From Candidatus Campbellbacteria bacterium (GTDB taxonomy: Bacteria; Patescibacteriota; Minisyncoccia; Phycocordibacterales; EsbW-18): a stretch of 57,377 nt of DNA. Positions 26,859-33,976 of the stretch are shown in pieces (positions within the stretch are counted from its first letter, which is position 1; every line of letters starts with the position of its first letter). The translations under genes were made by a program, and so were the position numbers. A model generated the notes under the pieces. It made no database searches and was not told the origin of the DNA. It saw only the letters and a list, made by a program, of their open reading frames with translations. Location of the stretch: assembly GCA_016699465.1 (NCBI GenBank), contig CP064977.1, positions 685,739 to 743,115 on the forward strand. Reading direction: 5' to 3'.

Positions 26859-27737
26859 ATGATACATACAGTCATGACGCACCTTTCTGATGAAAAAATT
26901 AAGGAACTAGAACTGAAAGCGAACGACATTCGTATGTCGGTTATCGACATGCTTGAAGATGCGGGAAGTGGACACACGGCTGGTCCGCTTGATATGGCAG
27001 ATATTTTTACTGCATTCTATTTTCATATTCTTAACCATGACCCAAAGAATCCAGAGTGGGAAGAACGTGATCGCCTTGTACTTTCAAACGGTCATATTGT
27101 ACCGATTCGATACGCAACAATGGCGCACGCAGGATACTTTCCGATGAGCGAACTCAAAACTCTGCGTAAATTTGGGAGTCGTCTGCAAGGACATCCAGAA
27201 CGAGAGAGATTGCCAGGACTAGAAACAACATCAGGACCTCTTGGTTCGGGGCTTTCTCAATCTGCAGGTATTGCGTATGGTGCTCGAATGGATGGAAAGA
27301 AGTGGCGCACGTACTGTTTGATGTCTGACGGCGAGCTACAAGCAGGAAATACGTGGGAAGGTGCCATGTTTGCTGGGAAAAATAAACTTTCAAATCTGAC
27401 TGCGGTTATTGACCGCAATAACATTCAAATAAATGGTATGACGGAAGATGTGATGCCGTTGGAACCACTCGCAGATAAGTGGCGTGCATTTAATTGGCAC
27501 GTGATTGAGGTTGATGGGCACAATATGATGGCATTTGTTGATGCAATTGATGAAGCAAAAGCAATCGTGGAAAAACCAACAATGATTATTGCGCATACGA
27601 TTGCCGGAAAGGGAATCAAAGAGATTGAATACGATTTTCACTGGCATGGAAAACCGCCAACAAAGGAAGAAGAACAAAAGTTTTTGAAAGAGCTACGAAC
27701 ATTAAAGGGAACAATTGAAGCAAGTCACAATGATTAA
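26859..27737 (+). CDS. Transketolase, N-terminal (TPP-binding) subunit
   Basis: ORF 26829 (GTG)..27737; ATG 26859 or 26874 is the more likely start. GSGHTAGPLDMADIF, GHP..., SDGELQAGNTWEG. Confidence 0.9.
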   Translation: MIHTVMTHLSDEKIKELELKANDIRMSVIDMLEDAGSGHTAGPLDMADIFTAFYFHILNHDPKNPEWEERDRLVLSNGHIVPIRYATMAHAGYFPMSELKTLRKFGSRLQGHPERERLPGLETTSGPLGSGLSQSAGIAYGARMDGKKWRTYCLMSDGELQAGNTWEGAMFAGKNKLSNLTAVIDRNNIQINGMTEDVMPLEPLADKWRAFNWHVIEVDGHNMMAFVDAIDEAKAIVEKPTMIIAHTIAGKGIKEIEYDFHWHGKPPTKEEEQKFLKELRTLKGTIEASHND

Positions 27738-28731
27738 ATCAGAGCAAAAACTAGCGGGGAATATTTTTGATACAGACATCAAAAAAGTACCAACGAGAGA
27801 TGGTTTTGGTCATGGATTAGTAGAAGCGGGGAAGGCGGACGAACGCGTTGTGGTGTTGTGTGCCGATCTGGAAGAATCAACGCGTGCAGAGTGGTTTCAT
27901 AAAGAATTTCCTAAGAGATACATTGAAATAGGTGTAGCCGAGCAAAATCTGGTAACTATTGGAGCCGGATTAGCTGCGGTGGGAAAAATTCCATTCATCA
28001 CATCGTACGCAACATTTTCTCCCGGACGAAACAATGAACAAATTCGAACAACGATTGCACTCAACAACGTGCCAGTAAAAATTGTGGGTTCACACGCCGG
28101 TATTTCGGTTGGTCCTGATGGTGCAACACATCAAGCGCTTGAAGATATTGGCCTCATGCGTATGTTGCCTAATATGACTGTTATTGTTCCTTGTGACACT
28201 GTTGAGGCCCAAAAAGCAACAACTGCATGTGCCCAAACACCTTTTCCGACGTACCTTCGTCTTGGAAGGTCGGCAACTCCCGTTGTTACAACACTTGAGA
28301 GTCCTTTTGAAATTGGTCGTGCGGAAATACTTTGGGAAAGTGACAGTTCAACTTCTTTGCCGCAGGTTGCTCTTGTTGCGTGTGGTTCATTGGTACACAA
28401 CGCACTTCTTTCTGCAAAAAAACTACAAGATGAGGGTATTGGTTCAATTGTAGTAAATAATCACACAGTGAAACCAATGGATGAGAAAACAATCACAGAA
28501 GTTGCTTCTAGGTGCGAAGCGGTAGTTACCATTGAAGAACATCAAATTGCTGGAGGTATGGGTTCTGCGGTTGCTGAGATACTCGCACAACAAAAGCCGG
28601 TGCCTATTGAGTTTATTGGCGTGTATAATCAATTTGGTCAATCGGGAACTCCCGACGAACTTATCAAGCACTACAGAATGGATGTGGATTCTATTATTGA
28701 AGCGGTGAAGAAAGTTATTTCAAGAAAATAA
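27730..28731 (+). CDS. Transketolase, C-terminal (pyrimidine-binding) subunit
   Basis: ORF 27715 (TTG)..28731; ATG 27730 overlaps the upstream stop. RDGFGHGLVEAG, EIGVAEQNLV, GPDGATHQALEDI. Confidence 0.9.
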   Translation: MIKSEQKLAGNIFDTDIKKVPTRDGFGHGLVEAGKADERVVVLCADLEESTRAEWFHKEFPKRYIEIGVAEQNLVTIGAGLAAVGKIPFITSYATFSPGRNNEQIRTTIALNNVPVKIVGSHAGISVGPDGATHQALEDIGLMRMLPNMTVIVPCDTVEAQKATTACAQTPFPTYLRLGRSATPVVTTLESPFEIGRAEILWESDSSTSLPQVALVACGSLVHNALLSAKKLQDEGIGSIVVNNHTVKPMDEKTITEVASRCEAVVTIEEHQIAGGMGSAVAEILAQQKPVPIEFIGVYNQFGQSGTPDELIKHYRMDVDSIIEAVKKVISRK

Positions 28732-28732
28732 T

Positions 28733-28951
28733 ATGGTAACACCTGGAACATACAAACATTCAAAAACAGGAAATCTCTACCGTGTGATTGGTATTGCAAA
28801 GCACTCTGAAACACTGGAAGATGTAGTTGTGTATGAAGCGTTGTACGACAATCCAAAATCAAAACTCTGGGTACGGCCACTTTCTATGTTTGAAGAAGAG
28901 GTGGAAATTGGAGAGCAAAAGCGAAAAAGATTTGAGCGAGTAGGTGAATAG
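28733..28951 (+). CDS. DUF1653-family small protein
   Basis: GTYKHSKTGNLYRVIGIAKHSETLEDVVVYEALYDNPKSKLWVRPLSMF. Confidence 0.7.
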   Translation: MVTPGTYKHSKTGNLYRVIGIAKHSETLEDVVVYEALYDNPKSKLWVRPLSMFEEEVEIGEQKRKRFERVGE

Positions 28952-28952
28952 T

Positions 28953-28980
28953 AAAAAAACTCTCTTACGAGAGTTTTTTT
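28953..28980. terminator. Bidirectional intrinsic terminator
   Basis: AAAAAAACTCTC-TTAC-GAGAGTTTTTTT between convergent genes. Confidence 0.8.
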
Positions 28981-29975
28981 ACTTGGTAGTTCGCAGGAGC
29001 TTCTACAAGGTGTTTTTCAAGTTGTTCGCGGGAGAGAAGTCCTTTCTGTGCTCCGATGTATTGCACAACTGACATGGAATTAATTGGTCCCCACGCAAGT
29101 GCTTCTGAAAGTGGCTTGCCGAGCGCAAGTGCTGCAATGACCGTCGAAGAAAAAGCGTCTCCTGCACCCGTGCGATCTACCGGCGGCTTTGGATCTGGAT
29201 ACATGGTGACTGAAAACGTTTCGTTGTTGTGTGCATCGTATGCATATGCACCTTTTGGACCGTCGGTAATAATGACAATCTTTGGACCAAGTTTAGAAAT
29301 ACCTTCAAGAAGTATTTTGATATCACTGATATCTGATGTTTCTAAAATTCTTCCCGCTTCCTCGCGGTTGCAGAAGAAGGTGTGCGTATGAGCATAGACG
29401 TCAGATAATTCTTTTGCACCGAGTTGTATCTGGAATGTCCCTGGTTGAAAGGCGAGTTTAATAGAAGGGTGTGCTTCGAGGTAACGAGCAATTTCGTGGT
29501 GGTATTCAAGTGAGTGGTTGGCAAGTGATGAGAGGTAGAGCCATGTGGGTTCCCCAATATCAGGAAGTGCGTATGGGTATGGTTGGTGTTTAATCAAGAT
29601 AGTTCGCTCTGGTCCGTACTGTAGAACGTAGTGGTGGTTACTGAGCATGTCCTCATGAATTCGAATGAAAGATGTTGAAACATTGTGCCCAGTGAGGGTT
29701 TCAAGAATTTTTGTTCCAAGTTCATCATCTCCAACATCACTTACAAATGCCGTCTTGAGACCAAGTCGTGTTGCCGCAACGGCCGCGTTTGCCGAATTAC
29801 CTACCGCATGAATAACGGTAAGATTTTTGTATGACACCTTGTCTCCAAAGCGAAAACAAATCTCGTCGTACCCTTTGTCTTCTGGGTCACGCTTTGTGTC
29901 GATACGTACGTCTTCTAATTCAATAAATTCGTCGGTGACGGTGTCGCCAATGGCGATGAAATCATATGTATTCAT
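28965..29975 (-). CDS. PfkB-family carbohydrate/nucleoside kinase
   Basis: The DRTGAGDAFSS signature and an N-terminal GD..D fold pattern. Substrate not assignable. Confidence 0.8.
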   Translation of the reverse strand: MNTYDFIAIGDTVTDEFIELEDVRIDTKRDPEDKGYDEICFRFGDKVSYKNLTVIHAVGNSANAAVAATRLGLKTAFVSDVGDDELGTKILETLTGHNVSTSFIRIHEDMLSNHHYVLQYGPERTILIKHQPYPYALPDIGEPTWLYLSSLANHSLEYHHEIARYLEAHPSIKLAFQPGTFQIQLGAKELSDVYAHTHTFFCNREEAGRILETSDISDIKILLEGISKLGPKIVIITDGPKGAYAYDAHNNETFSVTMYPDPKPPVDRTGAGDAFSSTVIAALALGKPLSEALAWGPINSMSVVQYIGAQKGLLSREQLEKHLVEAPANYQVKKLS

Positions 29976-30013
29976 ATGTCGTCTAGTATACCATGTGCAT
30001 TTTTTCTTTTACT

Positions 30014-30042
30014 AAAAAACACAGGAGGCGCTGCCTCCCGTG
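30014..30042 (-). terminator. Intrinsic terminator of orphan cassette 2
   Basis: Minus strand reads CACGGGAGGC-AGC-GCCTCCTGTG followed by TTTTTT. Confidence 0.75.
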
Positions 30043-30060
30043 TGGTGTAATAGTGAACAT

Positions 30061-30330
30061 CTATCGTGCCCATTCAAAGAAATCTGAAGAGAAGTGATTG
30101 ACTCCCGAAACCTCAACCTCAATTTTGGGCTCAGCTGTGGCGAGCGAGAGAACGAAGCACCCGCCCTTTTCGCGATTCTCATCCGGGACTTGCTGTACCG
30201 AAGTTACCACGAGTTCCCCGGGGTATTTTTCTCGGAAGGTCTCTGGGGCGTTTTTGGAGAATTTTACAACATCTCCAATGTGTACATCCTCGGTGTTGTG
30301 CGGCAGGGCACTGTTGCACAACAGACACAT
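30061..30330 (-). CDS. Hypothetical 89-aa protein (orphan cassette 2)
   Basis: ORF 30061..30486, start trimmed to ATG 30328-30330 (MCLLCNSALPH...), preceded by AAGGAGG with a 6-nt spacer. The longer N-terminus would be translated from promoter repeats. No family recognised. Confidence 0.55.
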   Translation of the reverse strand: MCLLCNSALPHNTEDVHIGDVVKFSKNAPETFREKYPGELVVTSVQQVPDENREKGGCFVLSLATAEPKIEVEVSGVNHFSSDFFEWAR

Positions 30331-30410
30331 GGTGTTGCCTCCTTTCTTTGGTGGACTTGTCTGGTGCAATTTAAGCATATGTGGGTGTGTATGTAAACTG
30401 GTGGAACATG

Positions 30411-30490
30411 GGGCATGTAACACAAGGCATGTAACACAAAGCATGCAACGTGTAACACGTAGCACAAAGCACAAAGTATGTAACATGTAG
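30411..30490. repeat. Array of short direct repeats (GGCATGTAACACAA x2 plus degenerate TGTAAC/TGCAAC copies; AGCACAA x2)
   Basis: TGTAAC or TGCAAC cores at 30417, 30431, 30444, 30451 and 30479. Located upstream of the minus-strand gene at 30061-30330. Confidence 0.6.
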
Positions 30491-30548
30491 TAATACCTTT
30501 TGTTGCTCGCTACACACTACATGTTTTGTGATAGAATTATAGTATGAA

Positions 30549-30670
30549 TCCCGTTAGAGATATGTCGTTTTGTTTTTTTACACCGCACTTTAATATTATG
30601 ATATGGTGAAAAGGCACACATTAATAATGATAACTACGGAAATGCAAGGTATTTCCTATCTCTAACGGGA
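30549..30670 (+). mobile_element. MITE-like inverted-repeat element, copy 1 (122 bp) on the fba start codon
   Basis: TCCCGTTAGAGAT ... ATCTCTAACGGGA. The perfect inverted repeat extends to 15 bp (30548-30562 vs 30657-30671) and is flanked by a direct TGAA (30545-30548 and 30671-30674). Confidence 0.5.
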
Positions 30671-31536
30671 TGAAAACTTTACGTGAAGCAGTACAAGAGG
30701 CACAACAACAGAAACGGGCCATTGGACATTTCAATGTTGCTAGCGTGGAAATGATACAGGCGGTTGTTGGTGCGGGTAAAGATACTGAACTCCCAGTCAT
30801 TGTGGGCGTGTCAGAAGGTGAACGTGATGTGTTTGGAACTACGGCGCTTGTTGCACTACTTCATACGATTCGTGAAAAAACTGGTCGTGAGATATATCTC
30901 AATGCTGATCACACATACAGTGTTGAACGAGTGAAGGAGGCAATTGATGCGGGATTTGACTCAGTAATTTTTGATGGAGCAGAACTTTCTTTTGAGGAAA
31001 ACATTGTGAAAACGAAAGAGTGTGTTGCATACGCGCGCGCATCAGGAAGAGATGTTTTAGTTGAAGGTGAACTTGGATTTATTGGTATTGGTTCAAAAAT
31101 GTTGGATGCATTGCCAGAAGGTGTTGCCGTGACCGATGAAACAATGACGACCGTTGCGGATGCACTTCGTTTTGTACAAGAAACAGGAGTAGATATGCTT
31201 GCCCCAGCTGTTGGAAATGTACACGGTATGCTTAAAGGTGGGCACAATCCACAACTTAATCCAGAGCGTGTTGCCGAGATTGCTCAGGCGGTGGAAATTC
31301 CACTCGTGCTTCATGGTGGGTCGGGTATTACCGACGAAGATTTTACGGCGGCTATTAGTAAGGGGATTTCGATTGTGCATATTAGTACTGAATTGCGTGT
31401 GGCCTATCGACAATCACTCCAACTTTCTCTCCAAGAGAGCCCAGAAGAACTTGCTCCCTACAAATTTATGAAACCTGTTATTTCGGCAGTGCGCGATGTT
31501 GCCGTGCGTCGTCTTAAGCTCTTTGCAGGCTTGTAA
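30670..31536 (+). CDS. fba: Class II fructose/tagatose-bisphosphate aldolase
   Basis: AIGHFNV, LNADHT, LHGGSG motifs. Confidence 0.9.
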   Translation: MKTLREAVQEAQQQKRAIGHFNVASVEMIQAVVGAGKDTELPVIVGVSEGERDVFGTTALVALLHTIREKTGREIYLNADHTYSVERVKEAIDAGFDSVIFDGAELSFEENIVKTKECVAYARASGRDVLVEGELGFIGIGSKMLDALPEGVAVTDETMTTVADALRFVQETGVDMLAPAVGNVHGMLKGGHNPQLNPERVAEIAQAVEIPLVLHGGSGITDEDFTAAISKGISIVHISTELRVAYRQSLQLSLQESPEELAPYKFMKPVISAVRDVAVRRLKLFAGL

Positions 31537-31630
31537 TCTGCTTTCCTTCACTAACCTCAATTCCTCACCCCTTAACCCAAATTACTTTAGGGTTGCATTT
31601 TGAGCGTCTGTATGCGATTATTGGTGTCCT

Positions 31631-32290
31631 ATGACAGTAGTACACATCGAAAAACGAGAGGGGGGCAACCCAGATACACTCCGCGCAAAGGGGCGTATTC
31701 CTGGTGTCATCTATGGTCCAAAAGAGGCTTCTCAGGCTATTTCTGTTGATCAAAAGGTATTTGAGAAGCTTTGGAAAGAGGCAGGTGAATCAACCATCAT
31801 TACACTTGAAGGTGTTGGTGAACCAAAAGATGCGCTCATCCATGAAGTTGATTTCAATCCAGTCACGGACGTTGCTCGTCACGTTGATTTTTACGTAATC
31901 GAAAAAGGAAAGAAAGTTGAGACAGAAGTTCCGCTCGTATTTGTTGGTGAGGCACCAGCAGTTAAGAATCTCGGAGGAACGCTCATGAAAGTTATGCACG
32001 AAGTGAAAGTTGAGGCATTTCCAAAAGACCTTCCACATGAGATACTAATAGACGTATCGACACTCGAAACTTTTGAGAGTCGTATTGCAATTAAAGATAT
32101 ACCAGTACCCGCGGGTGTGACTATTTTGGAGGAATTGGATGAAACAGTTATTTCTGTGTCACAACCGAAAGAAGAAGAGGAAACGCCAGTTGCTGAGATA
32201 GACATGGAATCTATCGAAGTTGAAAAGAAGGGTAAGAAAGAGGAAGAAGGAGAGGCCACGGAAGACACCGCAGAAAAATCTCAGGCGTAA
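31631..32290 (+). CDS. rplY: Ribosomal protein bL25 (Ctc form)
   Basis: LRAKGRIPGVIYG, two-domain Ctc length, acidic tail. Confidence 0.85.
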   Translation: MTVVHIEKREGGNPDTLRAKGRIPGVIYGPKEASQAISVDQKVFEKLWKEAGESTIITLEGVGEPKDALIHEVDFNPVTDVARHVDFYVIEKGKKVETEVPLVFVGEAPAVKNLGGTLMKVMHEVKVEAFPKDLPHEILIDVSTLETFESRIAIKDIPVPAGVTILEELDETVISVSQPKEEEETPVAEIDMESIEVEKKGKKEEEGEATEDTAEKSQA

Positions 32291-32320
32291 TCCACTATAA
32301 TCGGGTGTCTGGCCAATTTT

Positions 32321-33682
32321 ATGCGCCATTCACGTTCCGTACTCATTTTGTTCATATGTGTTCTTTCAGTGGGATTTTGTTCCACGGTTTTTGCGCAAAC
32401 TGCCACATCAGATGCGGTGACGGCGCGTCAAAAGGAGCTTGAAGCACAGCTCAAGCAGGTAGAAAAAGAAATAGGGCTTCAGCAGGTTTTTCTTGATGAA
32501 AAACGAAATGAACGTGTGTCGCTTGAGCGAGACGTTTCGTTGCTTAACGGTGAAATAAAAAAATCACAACTGGGCATTCAGGCGCGCACCTATTCGATTC
32601 AAAAAATTGGCGGAGAGATTGGTGATAAGCTAGAAACGATAGAGCAACTCACGGCTCGTATGACGCGCGAAAAAGCATCACTTGCGCAACTTATACGAGA
32701 AACCGACCGCCTCGACAACTATTCACTTGTTGAAATTGCACTCGCAAAAGAAGATATCTCTGAATTTTTTGAGGATTTAGATTCATTTGATTCTATTACG
32801 GTTGCATTACAGGGATCATTTAGAAAAATTGAAGATACTAAAGAAGAAACACACAAAGAAAAACTAACACTTGAAGAACGGCAAGCTGATGAGTTGGAGT
32901 TGAAAAAACTGCAAGAGTTAGAGAAAAAGAAAATTGAAATTCAAGAAGCTCAGAAAAAAGAGGTGCTTAAGGTGACCAAGGGACAAGAGACGGTATACCA
33001 AACAATCATTGCGCAAAAACAGCAAACGGCTGCACAAATTCGCGCGGAGCTCTTTAAACTTCGTGGTTCAACGGCTATTTCTCTCGGTGAGGCTATTGAT
33101 TTTGCACAGACGGTTGAACGACTTACCGGTGTTCGTGCCGCTCTGATTCTTGGAACACTTCAAGAAGAAACAAAATTGGGAGAGAACCTCGGAACAGGAA
33201 ATTGGCAAACTGATTCACACCCAGAACGAGATAGATACATTTTTGCGGCTCTTATGAAAGATTTGGGACTCAATCCAGATAGTATGCCTGTGTCGGCAAA
33301 ACCATGGTACGGGTGGGGTGGCGCGATGGGGCCAGCGCAGTTCATTCCTTCAACGTGGGCTTTGTACGCAGGATATTCGTGTGATAAGACAACGCAGACG
33401 TGCGCACCGTACGATAAGAGCAAGGATCGTATTGGAGCAGTGTCTGGGCATTTTCCGCCAAATCCATACAATCCCCTCGACGCCTTTACTGCCGCTGGAA
33501 TTCTCCTTGGAGACAACGGTGCGCCTGCGGGAACGCGTGCAGCAGAACGTCTTGCATCTCTTCGGTATTTTGCTGGATGGGGAAATGCGTCAAAACCATC
33601 GTACGCCTTTTACGGCGATGAGGTGATGGCACTTACTGATGGCTATCAGGCACAGATTGATATTTTGAAGGGAGGAAAATAG
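32321..33682 (+). CDS. Secreted coiled-coil protein with C-terminal lytic-transglycosylase (SLT_2/MltB-like) domain
   Basis: Signal peptide MRHSRSVLILFICVLSVGFCSTVFA, about 200 aa of heptad-rich coiled coil, then LQEETKLGENLG (Glu position) and GGAMGPAQFIPSTWALYA. Confidence 0.75.
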   Translation: MRHSRSVLILFICVLSVGFCSTVFAQTATSDAVTARQKELEAQLKQVEKEIGLQQVFLDEKRNERVSLERDVSLLNGEIKKSQLGIQARTYSIQKIGGEIGDKLETIEQLTARMTREKASLAQLIRETDRLDNYSLVEIALAKEDISEFFEDLDSFDSITVALQGSFRKIEDTKEETHKEKLTLEERQADELELKKLQELEKKKIEIQEAQKKEVLKVTKGQETVYQTIIAQKQQTAAQIRAELFKLRGSTAISLGEAIDFAQTVERLTGVRAALILGTLQEETKLGENLGTGNWQTDSHPERDRYIFAALMKDLGLNPDSMPVSAKPWYGWGGAMGPAQFIPSTWALYAGYSCDKTTQTCAPYDKSKDRIGAVSGHFPPNPYNPLDAFTAAGILLGDNGAPAGTRAAERLASLRYFAGWGNASKPSYAFYGDEVMALTDGYQAQIDILKGGK

Positions 33683-33774
33683 AAGGAGGTAGAATGTGGT
33701 GTTTGGAGTGTGGGGGAATTCAATAGCAAATATCTAATAGCAAAGAAGTAGAGAGCAGTGTGTCCCGCTAGAGG
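33681..33774 (+). repeat. 3'-flank repeat element, copy A
   Basis: AGAAGGAGGTAGAATGTGGTGTTTGGAGTGTG ... AGTGTGTCCCGCTAGAGG. Related to 36744-36806. Confidence 0.6.
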
Positions 33775-33792
33775 CGGGGGAAGTAGAAAGTA

Positions 33793-33830
33793 AAAAGCCC
33801 TGCTTCTCCAGACGGAGAAGCGGGGCTTTT
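33793..33830 (+). terminator. Intrinsic terminator
   Basis: AAAAGCCCTGCTTCTCC-AGAC-GGAGAAGCGGGGCTTTT. Confidence 0.8.
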
Positions 33831-33913
33831 GTGTGCGTACTATTGAATGTGTACAAAAATAAAAACTGTTATACTGAAAGGGTGTTATTTTTTTAATCGG
33901 TCTCGCATATGAA

Positions 33914-33976
33914 TCCCGTTAGAGGTTTATTATATTCACGAAAATACTTTTTTTGTACATAACCTATGTAGTATTA
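33914..33976 (+). mobile_element. MITE-like element, truncated copy 2 (left arm only)
   Basis: ATGAA|TCCCGTTAGAGG... with internal similarity to copy 3 (TTATT..TATTCACGAA). The right arm is missing. The next gene starts at ATGAAA 33976. Confidence 0.4.

Noticed and set aside
30331-30486. The longer 141-aa version of ORF 30061..30486.
   Set aside because: The extra N-terminus (MLHTLCFVLRVTRCMLCVTCLVLH...) is simply the translation of the repeat array. An internal ATG at 30328-30330 has a perfect AAGGAGG-N6 context.
30411-30490. The short direct repeats could be a tiny CRISPR array.
   Set aside because: Units are 7-14 bp, contiguous or irregularly spaced with no unique spacers of 25-40 bp, and no cas genes are nearby. 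They fit a protein-binding repeat array better.
31537-31630. Intergenic spacers such as fba-rplY (31537-31630) and rpmE-prfA (47935-48091), checked for additional tRNA or other structured RNA genes.
   Set aside because: I could not fold a cloverleaf or any recognisable conserved RNA motif. These regions contain only terminator hairpins and AT-rich promoter-like sequence.
33692-33724. A 10-codon ORF MWCLECGGIQ with a perfect SD inside 3'-flank repeat A, as a real micro-gene.
   Set aside because: The equivalent position in repeat B has ATA instead of ATG and a different downstream frame. It is more likely a relic fragment. I kept it only as a note within the repeat finding.
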